Shown: positions 1 to 10,228, counted from the stretch's first letter. The stretch: DNA of 64,000 nt from Clostridia bacterium (GCA_029061605.1 JAIDRT010000045.1:808-64807), one strand, 5' to 3'. Translations and numbers: made by a program. Notes: generated from the letters alone by a model not told the origin.

Positions 1-7
1 CAAGTTA

Positions 8-706
8 TTGCGCGAGATTCTAACGCTAGATACAGACGATTTAACAATTCTATCGGGGCGAAATGACGATAAATTTTCTCAAATAGTCAGGAATGTAGTT
101 GCTCACGCCCCAGAAGGAAAATCTAGCCGAAATGGATATATTATTGATAAAGCTACAAGACCTGCAACGTTTTATGCAAAAGAGAAAAATCTAGAAGAAC
201 TTTCTGACGCAATCATTAGTTCGCAAGCAATCCAAGAAAGAAAAGAAAAACGCCGTAGATTTTCAGCAAGGAAAGTCGATTTTAAGACCTTAAATAATGA
301 ATATACCGCATTGGGAGATGCTGGCGAAACTTTTGCTTTGGAGTGGGAACGGAATAGATTAAGAGAACTTAATGTTTCTTATAATATATTAGACGAAGTA
401 ATACATTTTTCTCATAAATATGGAGACGGAGCTGGTTATGATATTCTTTCTCGCAAAGGTATAGAATATGACTTGCTTTATATTGAAGTTAAAACAACAA
501 AGGGGGGATTAGATACTCCTTTCTATATGTCCGAAAATGAAAAAGCCTTTATTGAGATATATCAAAAAAATACGCAAATATATCGTGTATATAATTATAA
601 TCAAGAAACTAATGTTGGTGAAATCGAAATTATTACATATGAAGAATTAATGCAAAATTACGATTTTAATCCAACAACTTACAAAGTAACAAAAAAGAGC
701 AATTAA
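8..706 (+). CDS. DUF3883 (NO VEIN C-terminal) PD-(D/E)XK nuclease-domain protein, probably 5'-truncated by the window edge
   Basis: Motifs GDAGETFALEWERNRL, GAGYDILS, YIEVKTT, FYMSENE are typical of DUF3883; frame is open from the window start; AT-rich. Confidence 0.8.
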   Translation: MREILTLDTDDLTILSGRNDDKFSQIVRNVVAHAPEGKSSRNGYIIDKATRPATFYAKEKNLEELSDAIISSQAIQERKEKRRRFSARKVDFKTLNNEYTALGDAGETFALEWERNRLRELNVSYNILDEVIHFSHKYGDGAGYDILSRKGIEYDLLYIEVKTTKGGLDTPFYMSENEKAFIEIYQKNTQIYRVYNYNQETNVGEIEIITYEELMQNYDFNPTTYKVTKKSN

Positions 707-718
707 GTATTCGTTTTA

Positions 719-839
719 GGTTACGACTGCTCCCCACCGCCAAGAAGTCGCTTTTGGCGAGTAATAGAAAGTGAGGTATTTTGCACCTCACTTTTTCTAT
801 CACTCCGCTTTTTTGCGACTTCTTTTTGTAGTTGCAGCC
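719..839 (+). other. Long imperfect hairpin downstream of the DUF3883 gene
   Basis: Nested arms GGTTACGACTGC/GTAGTTGCAGCC, AAGAAGTCGC/GCGACTTCTT and AAAGTGAGGT/ACCTCACTTT; G-T wobbles favour the + strand. Confidence 0.6.
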
Positions 840-899
840 TCAGGATACCGAAATAGTGACGCTCGCTTACGGCTCACTAATCCGTCGCTTTGCTCCTTA

Positions 900-918
900 C
901 GAATCCCTCCGCTTCCGC
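900..918 (+). mobile_element. Putative att site: duplicated 3' end of a tRNA (Ser-like) marking the right border of an integrated island
   Basis: CGAATCCCTC-CGCTTCC-GC reads as T-loop half, T-stem 3' strand, acceptor 3' strand and G discriminator, with no 5' half upstream; sits at the AT-rich/core boundary. Confidence 0.55.
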
Positions 919-956
919 AAGCGCCCAAATGTTAGTCGCTGGTTTTTTGCATTTAC

Positions 957-985
957 TTGACAATATATTTTTAAAATATTAATAT
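957..985 (+). promoter_or_regulatory. Sigma-A promoter of tRNA-Gly
   Basis: TTGACA-17 nt-TAATAT. Confidence 0.7.
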
Positions 986-1005
986 AGTTATGCAATATAA
1001 ACATT

Positions 1006-1079
1006 GCAGGTGTAGTTCAATGGTAGAACTACGGCTTCCCAAGCCGTCAGCGCGGGTCCGATTCCCGTCACCTGCTCCA
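1006..1079 (+). tRNA. tRNA-Gly(CCC)
   Basis: Acceptor GCAGGTG/CACCTGC, anticodon arm ACGGC-TTCCCAA-GCCGT, U discriminator, encoded CCA. Confidence 0.95.
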
Positions 1080-1080
1080 A

Positions 1081-1114
1081 AAATAAGCAAGACGATTTTT
1101 AGTCTTGCTTATTT
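1081..1114 (+). terminator. Intrinsic terminator after tRNA-Gly
   Basis: AAATAAGCAAGAC/GTCTTGCTTATTT inverted repeat. Confidence 0.75.
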
Positions 1115-1286
1115 ACTTATTACTTTTTAACTATTCAGTATTTTTGTATTTGATTTGCTTTCCTAAAATATTTATACAAATTTTGGAAAAAGTATAGATT
1201 TTTTAGTGACAATATATTAAAATAGATTTAGAGTAAATCGCGCAGGCGCAAAATAAATTATTGCCTGTGAGGAAAAGGAGAAATAT

Positions 1287-3044
1287 ATGCAACCTACAAT
1301 TGGCATAAGACCGATTATTGACGGCAGATGGGGCGGTATTAGGGAGAGTCTTGAAGATCAGACTCGCCGTATGGCTCAATCGGCTAAAAAACTTATTGAA
1401 AGCAATCTTTTTTATACTGACGGTACTCCGGTACGCGTCGTAGTATATGACGGAACGATAGGCGGAGGCGCAGAGGCAGCAAAGTGCAAAGAATTTTTTG
1501 ATACGCAAAACGTAGTGGGCACGTTGAGTGTAACGCCGTGTTGGTGTTATGGCTCTGAGACTATTGACCTTGACCCATCAACTGTCAAGGCGGTATGGGG
1601 GCTCAATGCAACGGAGCGCCCCGGCGCGGTATATCTTGCCGCGGCAATGGCGATACACGCGCAAAGAGGACTGCCTGCGTTTGCTATTTACGGCAGAGAC
1701 GTGCAGGATAAGGACGACGAGAATATCACTCCTGACGTAGCGGAAAAGATTTTGCGTTTTGCAAAAGCCGCAATCGCAGTGGGCAGTATGCGCAATAAAG
1801 CGTACGTCGGACTGGGTAGCGTATCTATGGGCATAGGCGGATCTTTTTTGGACGGCAATCTTATGCAAAAGTATTTTGGTATAAGAGCGGAATGGGTGGA
1901 TATGTCAGAGATAAACCGCCGTATCACTCTTGGCATATACGACAAAAAAGAATATGAAAAAGAACTTGCCTGGATAAAGGCAAATTGCAAAGAGGGCATA
2001 GACACCAACGCAAATCCCAAGACGAGAGAAGAAAAGGATAAGCAATGGGAGTTTATTGCAAAAATGACTTTGGCTATCAAGGATATAATGATAGGCAATC
2101 CAAAACTCAATGACATAGGCTGGCACGAAGAGGCGCTTGGACGCAATGCGATACTCGGCGGATTCCAAGGACAGCGTATGTGGACGGATTGGCTTCCCAA
2201 CGCAGATTTCAGCGAATCCATTCTCAACACCTCTTTTGATTGGAACGGAAAGAAAGAGCCTCTCATATTGGCTACTGAAAACGATACGCTCAACGGTATG
2301 AGTATGCTCTTTGAAAAACTTTTGAGTTATCAGGCAAGTATATTTGCAGACGTGCGTACTTTCTGGTCGCCTGAAGCAATAAAGCGTGTGACTGGATGGA
2401 CGCCTACAGGCAGAGCAAAGGACGGATTTATGCACCTTATCAACAGCGGTGCGGCGGCGCTTGACGGCACGGCTATGTCAAAGAACGAAAAGGGCGAAAG
2501 CGTAATCAAGCCTTGGTGGGAAATGAACAAGAAGGATATTGACGCTTGTATGTCAAAGACAGATTGGTGCCAAGCCAACCTTGGGTATTTTAGAGGCGGC
2601 GGCTTTAGTTCGCACTTCAAGACTGAGGCAGAGATACCTGTTACTATGATGAGAATGAATATGGTAGACGGTCTCGGACCTGTGATACAAATTGCTGAAG
2701 GCTATACTGCTGTTGTACCTGATGACGTGCAAAAGACACTTTGGGACAGAACAGACCCAACTTGGCCTAGCACTTGGTTTGCTCCGCGTCTCACAGGCAA
2801 AGGCGCATTTAAGGACGTATACAGCGTTATGGCAAATTGGGGCGCAAATCACGGCGCATTCACTTACGGACATATTGGCGCGGATATAATCACGCTTGCT
2901 TCTATGTTGAGAATACCTGTCAGTATGCACAACGTTGACGAAGACAAGATTTTCCGTCCGCACGCTTGGACCGCGTTTGGCACGGAAGATAAAGAAGGAG
3001 CCGATTACAGGGCTTGCGCAAATTACGGAGCACTATACAAGTAA
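1287..3044 (+). CDS. fucI: L-fucose isomerase
   Basis: IGIRPIIDGR N-terminus, TPCWCYGSET, TERPGAVYLAA, GFQGQRMWTD, ATEND, WGANH; SD AGGAG. Confidence 0.97.
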   Translation: MQPTIGIRPIIDGRWGGIRESLEDQTRRMAQSAKKLIESNLFYTDGTPVRVVVYDGTIGGGAEAAKCKEFFDTQNVVGTLSVTPCWCYGSETIDLDPSTVKAVWGLNATERPGAVYLAAAMAIHAQRGLPAFAIYGRDVQDKDDENITPDVAEKILRFAKAAIAVGSMRNKAYVGLGSVSMGIGGSFLDGNLMQKYFGIRAEWVDMSEINRRITLGIYDKKEYEKELAWIKANCKEGIDTNANPKTREEKDKQWEFIAKMTLAIKDIMIGNPKLNDIGWHEEALGRNAILGGFQGQRMWTDWLPNADFSESILNTSFDWNGKKEPLILATENDTLNGMSMLFEKLLSYQASIFADVRTFWSPEAIKRVTGWTPTGRAKDGFMHLINSGAAALDGTAMSKNEKGESVIKPWWEMNKKDIDACMSKTDWCQANLGYFRGGGFSSHFKTEAEIPVTMMRMNMVDGLGPVIQIAEGYTAVVPDDVQKTLWDRTDPTWPSTWFAPRLTGKGAFKDVYSVMANWGANHGAFTYGHIGADIITLASMLRIPVSMHNVDEDKIFRPHAWTAFGTEDKEGADYRACANYGALYK

Positions 3045-3045
3045 A

Positions 3046-3233
3046 ACCCAATGACTTCGCTCGAAAAAGCGTACCCAAGCGTGTCATTTGGCTGACTTCT
3101 ACACGCAAATTTTATTGACGTACATAGAGTACGACTGCAAAATCTGCGCGCAAAATTCAAACCAAAGCACATCGCTTGGGTGTTGACGATTTTATTTTCA
3201 ATAAAATTACGCTTTTTGAGTTTGTCATCGGGT
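3046..3233 (-). repeat. Structured ~188-nt intergenic element, copy A (candidate ncRNA or REP/MITE-like)
   Basis: Nested inverted repeats along the whole length plus an AT side hairpin; A-C mismatches on + become G-U pairs on -; shares motifs with 12018-12206. Confidence 0.75.
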
Positions 3234-3359
3234 ATTATGAGTTTTCGTAAAATTTAATAGGTTTATTCAATATTAGATTTTAAACTATCTAAAAATCAAA
3301 GGCAAGTGATATATACGGCGGTCGTATGATTGCCGTATAAAACAATATAGGAGAACAAT

Positions 3360-4616
3360 ATGGACATAAAGACGCTGTCGACTAAAGAACAAGTTTTGTT
3401 GGCAATGGACAGGGTATATTCAAATGCTTTGACGACCACGTCGGGCGGAAACATATCTGCAATGGACGAGAGAGGACATATCTTCATTACTCCAAGCAGT
3501 ATAGACAAGGGAACTTTGACTATAGACGACATTGTCGAAGTGCTTCCCGACGGAACTTGCATAGGCAAGCACGCTCCGTCAATGGAATTGCCTTTTCACT
3601 CCAATATCTACAGAGAGTGCAAGGACATAAAGGCAATAGTACACGCCCACGCTCCTGCGGCGGTTGCGTACGCTTGTATGCGAGTTGCTCCCAACCCTTC
3701 TTGCGCAAGAGTATATGAAGACAAACTCGGCAAGATTGCAGGCTCAAGATACGCGCTTCCCGGGTCACTTAAACTCGGCGACATTGTAATGCAGGGATTC
3801 AAGGACGGATACCGTACTGTGATGATGGACAATCACGGCGCAACGGTTGGCGGAGGAGATATGCAAAAAGCGCTTGCAATGTATGAGACGCTTGACTATC
3901 TTTGCCGTTCGCTTTTTCACGCGCAGACGCTTGGCGGAGCAAAGTATATAAAAGATAAGATATCATTAAAAAATACCAAATATTCAGTTGGTAATATAGG
4001 CAAAGGCGATATTGCAAAACGAGAAGAACTTACAGCCTTCATCAAGAGAGCCTACAAAGGTCAACTCGTTGGCAGCGGCTGGGGAACTCTTGCGATAAGA
4101 GACGGCAGCGGAGTGATTTTCAATGCCGATTGCGACAGCCCGCTTGACTTGTCGGCTGACGATATTGTCAGATATGAAGACGGCAAGGTGTCAGTTGATA
4201 AGCCTTGTAAATATCTTGATTTGATTTTGAAAATCTTTGACAAAATTCCTGAGGCGCAAAGCATATTCGTATCAATGCCGTCGGCGGTAATGGGATTTGC
4301 TATGGCAAACGTAGAGTTTGACGCAAGACTGATACCTGAGAGTTACATTATGCTCAAAGATGTCAAGAGATTGCCTTATTCGGCTATCGGAGATTACGAT
4401 TTGATTGCAAATACTTTGACGACGGCTTGTCCAGTGACTGTCATTGACAATGAGTGTATTATTACGATAGGCAAGAATACTACCAAGGCTTTTGATAGGT
4501 TGGAAGTGTGCGATTATTCCGCTCGCTCCGTATTACTTGCAAAGTCTGTGGCAAAGATAAATCCAATCGACGAAACGCAAGTCAAGGAGATCGACGACAA
4601 CTTCAATGGGTGGTAA
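3360..4616 (+). CDS. Class II aldolase/adducin-family protein with two tandem domains (fuculose/rhamnulose-1-phosphate aldolase-like)
   Basis: GGNIS, ITPS, PSMELPFH, HAH, NHG in domain 1; degenerate second copy (GWGTLA, DNEC); lies between fucI and the sugar kinase. Confidence 0.85.
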   Translation: MDIKTLSTKEQVLLAMDRVYSNALTTTSGGNISAMDERGHIFITPSSIDKGTLTIDDIVEVLPDGTCIGKHAPSMELPFHSNIYRECKDIKAIVHAHAPAAVAYACMRVAPNPSCARVYEDKLGKIAGSRYALPGSLKLGDIVMQGFKDGYRTVMMDNHGATVGGGDMQKALAMYETLDYLCRSLFHAQTLGGAKYIKDKISLKNTKYSVGNIGKGDIAKREELTAFIKRAYKGQLVGSGWGTLAIRDGSGVIFNADCDSPLDLSADDIVRYEDGKVSVDKPCKYLDLILKIFDKIPEAQSIFVSMPSAVMGFAMANVEFDARLIPESYIMLKDVKRLPYSAIGDYDLIANTLTTACPVTVIDNECIITIGKNTTKAFDRLEVCDYSARSVLLAKSVAKINPIDETQVKEIDDNFNGW

Positions 4617-4619
4617 TTT

Positions 4620-6038
4620 ATGGCAAAGAGCGTAAGGGTGCTTGCAATAGATTTGGGGGCAAGTTCCGGCAGGGGAATAATATTTCACCTTGCGGACGGC
4701 AAACTGCAACAAAACGTAATACACCGCTTTCCCAACGGCGCAGTGGAACGAGACGGCAGACTCTATTGGAATTTGGATATGCTTTTTACTGAGGTCGTAA
4801 AGGCTATTGGGATTGCTTGCAAAGACGGTAAATTAGACGGCGTGGGTATAGATACCTGGGGCGTGGACTTTGGGTTCGTAGGCAAAGACGGCAAGGCGAT
4901 TTGCGACGACTTTCGCAATTATCGCAATCCTGCCAACGCCGCAGTCAGCAATTCTCTTGACGAAAGCGTCAGGAAAAAACTCTTTGAGATCGCAGGTATA
5001 TCTGACAACGATTTCAACACGACATATCAACTTATTGCGAGAGCAAGGGAGGATTACGATTTTGACGGCGTTGAGCATATGCTTTTTACGCCTCAACTCT
5101 TGGGATATATGTTGACGGACGTTGCCGTAAGCGAGCCTACTATATCGTCGACCAGCGGCTTTTACAGACAAAGTATAGGTTTTGACGAGAACTTTTTGAA
5201 ACAATGTAAAATACCAAAAGATATATTGCCCAAGAGCGTTGACACTTGTTCAGTCATAGGTAATTTAAAGGAAGATATAAAGGAGAAGGTTGATATTGAC
5301 TATGATTTGCCTGTCATTGCCACGCCGGGACACGATACTGCTTGCGCAGTGCTGGGAGTGCCTTCGCAAGAGGAATATCCGCTATTCTTGAGCAGCGGCA
5401 CGTGGTCTCTCTTTGGCGCGCTTGAGGATAAGCCTATCGTAAACGACGACGCGTGGAAATATGGCTACACCAACGAACTTGCCTTTGGCGAAAAAGTAAG
5501 GCTATTGCGCAATATTATGGGTATGTGGATAATACAGGAGTGCCGTCGACAGTGGATAAGCGAAGGCAAAAATTTAGACTATCCGCAAATCGTTGCGCTT
5601 GCAAAAGACAGCCAAGATAAAGGCGCATTTATTGACGTCAACGACTCTTCGTTTGCTTTGCCTTGCAATATGGCTGACAGCGTCAAAGCCTACGTCTTGA
5701 CAAAACAAGGTATAAAGTTGAACACCATTGGCGAAGTAGCAAGATGCGTATATACATCGCTTGCAAAGGCGTATAAAGATGCGTATGACGGACTTGTCAA
5801 ATTGACGGGCAGAAAGTACGACAAGTTGTATATCATAGGCGGCGGAGCCAACAATGATTATCTCAATCAAATTATCGCAGATACGTTGGGTATAGAAGTA
5901 TCTGCCGGTCCGTCGGAGGCAAGCGCACTTGGCAACGCAATAGGACAATTCGTCGGCTTGGGCGCAATAAAGCCAAGTCAAATCAAAAATATCATTATGG
6001 CAAACTGTGACGTGAAAGTTTTTTTGCCAAAAAAATGA
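4620..6038 (+). CDS. Rhamnulokinase/L-fuculokinase (FGGY family)
   Basis: LAIDLGASSGR, GIDTWGVDF, GHDTACAV, SSGTWSL, NIMGMW, IIGGG. Confidence 0.9.
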   Translation: MAKSVRVLAIDLGASSGRGIIFHLADGKLQQNVIHRFPNGAVERDGRLYWNLDMLFTEVVKAIGIACKDGKLDGVGIDTWGVDFGFVGKDGKAICDDFRNYRNPANAAVSNSLDESVRKKLFEIAGISDNDFNTTYQLIARAREDYDFDGVEHMLFTPQLLGYMLTDVAVSEPTISSTSGFYRQSIGFDENFLKQCKIPKDILPKSVDTCSVIGNLKEDIKEKVDIDYDLPVIATPGHDTACAVLGVPSQEEYPLFLSSGTWSLFGALEDKPIVNDDAWKYGYTNELAFGEKVRLLRNIMGMWIIQECRRQWISEGKNLDYPQIVALAKDSQDKGAFIDVNDSSFALPCNMADSVKAYVLTKQGIKLNTIGEVARCVYTSLAKAYKDAYDGLVKLTGRKYDKLYIIGGGANNDYLNQIIADTLGIEVSAGPSEASALGNAIGQFVGLGAIKPSQIKNIIMANCDVKVFLPKK

Positions 6039-6057
6039 AAAACAGATATCAGGATTT

Positions 6058-6085
6058 AAAGACGGCCAAGCAGGTCGTCTTTTTT
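6058..6085 (+). terminator. Intrinsic terminator of the fuc operon
   Basis: AAAGACGGCC/GGTCGTCTTT followed by a T-run. Confidence 0.75.
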
Positions 6086-6195
6086 AGATTGGGTATTGCA
6101 ATTGGTATTTTTATATGTTATAATTAAGATAACCAAAGGAAATAGTTGTAAAATTAATTTGGCGTTTTGAATCAAAGTATAAGGGGGAGTTAGCA

Positions 6196-7089
6196 ATGAA
6201 AAAGAAATCAATATTTTTAATTTCGATATTACTTGTAATTTGCGTATTTGCATTTTCCTTTGCAGGGTGTTATGATAATAAGAATACGATAAAATTGATT
6301 CGAGTATATCAATTGCCGGATTCTAATATTGTCTTTGAAATAGAGAGTGTCCTGGCAATCGATTGGTTGGAGTATACGGTGGATGACGGCAATACTTGGC
6401 AGAAAGCAGAGCATAGAAGTATTTTTGGAAATTATTATTATTGCGAAATTTCAGAGGCGGATTACGGAAAAGAATTTAAAATTGCTGTGAGAAACGGTTT
6501 TAGAGAAAAAACTAAATCTAATACGATAAGTTACGTAGTAAAGGCTCCAGTTGATTTTTGGGAAGGTAATCTTTGTGGCGTTTGGAACGAAACTGTAAGG
6601 ATATATAAAGACGAGTACCGCTTTGTTTTTGAAGACGGCACAATTCAATTAAAAAAATATTATTCACAGCAAAACGATGTTGCAGTACTCAACGACGTTG
6701 AGCAAAAAGACAAACTCAATTTTGAATATAAGTTGCTTGAAAATTTTAGCGCAGTAGAGCAAAAAGCGGATAAATTGAAAGACTTGGATTTTTTAAGGGA
6801 TTTATTTCCCAACGAAGATGAATATTTGCAGGCACTGGAATTGGTTGCGGTCTGGGATTCATATATTGAGCAGTTGGACGAACTATATGATATGGAGGGG
6901 TGGAACGATTACGATTACTCTAAAGGTATATTGGAAGAAGAATATTCAGATCATACAGTAGCGCGTTTTAGTGCAGGGGATGATGGCATAGTTTTGTCAG
7001 GAAAACAAGTCTTTTTGTTGGTGAGAATTAAAGAAAGCAGTTCTACGTTAAGGTCAGAGACATTTCTGATAATCGTACCATTGCAGTAG
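6196..7089 (+). CDS. Hypothetical lipoprotein
   Basis: MKKK, hydrophobic stretch and FAGC lipobox; SD GGGGGAG; upstream TTGCAA-17-TATAAT. Confidence 0.75.
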   Translation: MKKKSIFLISILLVICVFAFSFAGCYDNKNTIKLIRVYQLPDSNIVFEIESVLAIDWLEYTVDDGNTWQKAEHRSIFGNYYYCEISEADYGKEFKIAVRNGFREKTKSNTISYVVKAPVDFWEGNLCGVWNETVRIYKDEYRFVFEDGTIQLKKYYSQQNDVAVLNDVEQKDKLNFEYKLLENFSAVEQKADKLKDLDFLRDLFPNEDEYLQALELVAVWDSYIEQLDELYDMEGWNDYDYSKGILEEEYSDHTVARFSAGDDGIVLSGKQVFLLVRIKESSSTLRSETFLIIVPLQ

Positions 7090-7104
7090 ACGACTTTCAT
7101 AAAT

Positions 7105-7140
7105 ATTAAGAGCCCTTCGATAAGCGAAAGGCTCTTTAAT
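7105..7140. terminator. Bidirectional terminator between convergent genes
   Basis: AAGAGCCCTTCG/CGAAAGGCTCTT hairpin. Confidence 0.7.
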
Positions 7141-7152
7141 TTTATAGACGTA

Positions 7153-7791
7153 TTATTTTGTGCCAAATAGTCTGTCTCCGGCATCGCCGAGACCGGGTAC
7201 GATATATCCGTTTTCGTTGAGACCTCTGTCAAGAGTGGAGACGAAAACAGGCACGTCGGGATGGGCGAGAGCAACCTTTTCCACTCCCTGTGGAGCGGCG
7301 ATAATAGACATAAGTCTAATCTTCTTGCAACCTCTTCTCTTAAGTGCGTCAAGAGCGTCGACGGCAGAGCCGCCTGTCGCAAGCATTGGGTCGACGAGGA
7401 AGACAGTCTTGTCTTCTATGCCCTCTGGGAGTTTGCAATAATACTCTTGCGGCATAAGGGTTTCTTCGTCGCGATACATACCGATATGTCCCACCTTTGC
7501 TGTAGGGAAGACTTTATGCACGCCATTGACCATACCAAGTCCCGCTCTCAATATGGGCACTATAGCCACGCTTTCGTCAGGGACTTTGTATTGAGTGGTG
7601 ACTTCTAGAGGAGTTTCTACCTGCACCGGAATCAAATCCACGTCTTTCATACTTTCGTACGTCATAATCATAGTTATTTCTTCAATAAGTTCTCTGAATT
7701 CTTTCATTGAAGTATTTTTGTCGCGCAGTATTGCGATTTTGTGCTTGATAAGCGCGTGATCAAAAATAAATACGTTGTCAAATTTTTTCAT
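7153..7791 (-). CDS. upp: Uracil phosphoribosyltransferase
   Basis: [35 protein letters not shown]. Confidence 0.97.
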   Translation of the reverse strand: MKKFDNVFIFDHALIKHKIAILRDKNTSMKEFRELIEEITMIMTYESMKDVDLIPVQVETPLEVTTQYKVPDESVAIVPILRAGLGMVNGVHKVFPTAKVGHIGMYRDEETLMPQEYYCKLPEGIEDKTVFLVDPMLATGGSAVDALDALKRRGCKKIRLMSIIAAPQGVEKVALAHPDVPVFVSTLDRGLNENGYIVPGLGDAGDRLFGTK

Positions 7792-7801
7792 TATTTCCTC
7801 C

Positions 7802-9370
7802 TTAGGATACCAGATTGTCGTCTTGAATATCGTTTTGTATTTTTTCTCCGTCAGTTTCAGTCGAAGTCTCTTGAATAATTTGTTCTTGAGAACTTACCGT
7901 GGCGTCTGCAGTGATTTCTGCGACGTCTTCTTTTGCAAGTTCTTGCTTTTCTTCGTTATTTGCTGTTTTGTCTTTTATCTTGATATTGACGAGCAAGTTG
8001 ACGAGAATACCGAGTATAAGCGCGCAAGCCACTTCCGTAACTGTTATTGAGCCGAAGTTGAGCGTCATACCGCCTACGCCTGCAATGAGTATGACTGACA
8101 CGACGAAGAGGTTTTTGTTGTCGCCGAGGTCAACGCCTTGGATCATCTTAAGACCTGATACCGCAATAAAGCCGTAAAGCGCTACGCACACGCCGCCCAT
8201 TACGCAAGATGGGATAGTGGATAAGAAGGTGACGAATGGAGCAATAAAAGAGAAGAGTATCGCCAATATTGCCGTAGTCAAGATTGTCACTACTGAAGCG
8301 TTGCCCGATATTGCCACGCAGCCCACCGATTCACCGTAAGTCGTGTTTGGACAACCGCCGAATATCGCGCCTGCCATAGATCCGACGCCGTCGCCAAGCA
8401 GCGTTCTTGTGAGACCAGGATCTTTTAATAAGTCATATTCTATAATACTTGATATATTCTTGTGATCGGCGATATGCTCGGCAAATACTACGAAAGCCAC
8501 AGGAATATACGCCACTGCAATCGTGCCTATATAAGAGCCTATAGAGCCTACGCTACCCGCGTCCAAACCGCCTTTAAAAATTGGCAAAAAGGCAAACTCG
8601 GGATACCACTGCATATCTTGGAAAAGAGAAAAGTTGATGATTTGCAAAGCCTCGGTATGCGTTGCGTGGCCTATGCCTGTAAATATTGCGGCTACTAAAT
8701 AGCCTGATAAAATACCTATGACAAACGGTATCATTTTCATAAGTTTTTTTCCGTATACGGAGCATATTATTGTCACGGCAAGAGTAATAAGTCCGCACAG
8801 AAAAGCGACATACGGAGAGCATACCATTTGTTGCGTAGTCACCTCTTCAAGTACGGCGCTACCGTCCACTACTTTTGCAATGAGTTCAGTGACGTTCTTA
8901 GTGACGTTGCCTTTAAAAAGATCGCCGATAGCGTTGCCTGCAAGTGAAAGTCCTATGATTGCGACCGTAGGTCCTATTACGACGGCAGGCATAATTTTAT
9001 CCACCCATTTTACGCCTGCAAACTTGACGACTATTGCAATAATCACGTATACCAGACCTGCAAATATTGCGCCTATGATTAGTCCGAGATACCCAAGCGA
9101 CGCTGACACGCCTCCTGCGAATGCGGCGCCCATAGAGCCTAAAAAGGCAAAAGAACTGCCCAAGAAGACTGGGCTTTTGAATTTGGTAAATAGCAGATAG
9201 ACTATCGTGCCTACGCCTGCGCCAAACAATGCCGCAGAGGGCGACATCCCGTTGCCGATTATCATTGGCACTGCGATCGTTGCCGCCAATATGGCAAGCA
9301 GTTGTTGAAGCGAGAAAAGTATTAGTTGACCCGCTTTGGGTCTGTCTTTGACGCCGTAAATCATTTTCAT
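7802..9370 (-). CDS. uraA: Uracil/xanthine permease (NCS2 family)
   Basis: [23 protein letters not shown] signature; start moved to MKMIYG (SD GAGAGG); operon with upp. Confidence 0.9.
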   Translation of the reverse strand: MKMIYGVKDRPKAGQLILFSLQQLLAILAATIAVPMIIGNGMSPSAALFGAGVGTIVYLLFTKFKSPVFLGSSFAFLGSMGAAFAGGVSASLGYLGLIIGAIFAGLVYVIIAIVVKFAGVKWVDKIMPAVVIGPTVAIIGLSLAGNAIGDLFKGNVTKNVTELIAKVVDGSAVLEEVTTQQMVCSPYVAFLCGLITLAVTIICSVYGKKLMKMIPFVIGILSGYLVAAIFTGIGHATHTEALQIINFSLFQDMQWYPEFAFLPIFKGGLDAGSVGSIGSYIGTIAVAYIPVAFVVFAEHIADHKNISSIIEYDLLKDPGLTRTLLGDGVGSMAGAIFGGCPNTTYGESVGCVAISGNASVVTILTTAILAILFSFIAPFVTFLSTIPSCVMGGVCVALYGFIAVSGLKMIQGVDLGDNKNLFVVSVILIAGVGGMTLNFGSITVTEVACALILGILVNLLVNIKIKDKTANNEEKQELAKEDVAEITADATVSSQEQIIQETSTETDGEKIQNDIQDDNLVS

Positions 9371-9621
9371 TGAAATTATCCTCTCTTGTATTTTGACAAC
9401 TTGCGTTGTATTTTTCTTTTGGAATTTTATGCGTTTGATAACAAAGAGAGTACTCTGAGTAAACACGGTAAATTCTTTAATAATAATTTTACCATATCTT
9501 ATCGCGCATTGCAACAAAGTTAAAAAGTTTTGTAAATAAAAAGGTGAAGTCATTGAGATTGATTTTGTTGATTTTTAAGGCATTGCATTTTATAATAATA
9601 AAAAACGCAAAGGAAGATAAA

Positions 9622-10209
9622 ATGGACGGTAAACTTGAAAATATGAAGATTTATCTTTTGGATAGAAATCTTGCAATGACTGAGAGTTGGACAGAGTATT
9701 TTAAAGATATGCCCAACTTTGAAATCGTTTGTGATGATTTTGCGCATTTTATGGAGCATAATCAAGTGGATTGCGTAGTTTCGCCAGCAAATTCTTTTGG
9801 ACTTATGGACGGCGGTTACGATTTGGCAATAACAAAGTGGTTTGGAGTAAATTTGCCAAGAAAAGTTCAGCAGTACATTTTAAGTAACTTTTACGGCGAA
9901 CAGCCTGTCGGCACGAGTATCATAATCGACACGGATAAAGACGGCGTAAAACTCATACATACTCCCACTATGAGAAGTCCCAGTAGAATACGCGACCCAT
10001 TGGTGATTTATCAATGTATGCGCACTTGTCTTATGACGGCGCTCTCCAACGGTATCAACAGCATTGTAATTCCCGCTTTCGGCGGAGCCGCCGGAGAAGT
10101 GGAGTACGGCGTAATTGCAAATATGATGTATCGCGCGTATAAGCAACTTTTAGATCCGCCGTATTACCTCAACTGGGCATACGTCAATTCGTCGTCGTTT
10201 AGATATTAA
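9622..10209 (+). CDS. Macro-domain (ADP-ribose binding/hydrolase) protein
   Basis: VSPANSFGLMDGGYD, IHTPTM, IPAFGG; start placed at the ATG after AAGGAAG. Confidence 0.85.
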   Translation: MDGKLENMKIYLLDRNLAMTESWTEYFKDMPNFEIVCDDFAHFMEHNQVDCVVSPANSFGLMDGGYDLAITKWFGVNLPRKVQQYILSNFYGEQPVGTSIIIDTDKDGVKLIHTPTMRSPSRIRDPLVIYQCMRTCLMTALSNGINSIVIPAFGGAAGEVEYGVIANMMYRAYKQLLDPPYYLNWAYVNSSSFRY

Positions 10210-10228
10210 ATTCATATATATTGATACG

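Noticed and set aside
719-743. GGTTACGACTGCTCCCCACCGCCA as a tRNA/tmRNA 3' remnant
   Set aside because: The T-arm does not pair properly; the segment is better explained as the arm of the 719-839 hairpin.
3312-3339. 12-bp hairpin before the aldolase SD, considered as a terminator or riboswitch
   Set aside because: No U-tract on either strand and no aptamer features; probably an mRNA-stabilising stem.
9371-9553. Possible PyrR attenuator upstream of uraA-upp, and the longer 583-aa ORF start
   Set aside because: No AGUCCAGAGAGG-like PyrR loop or terminator is visible; the N-terminal extension is non-homologous and an SD supports ATG 9370.
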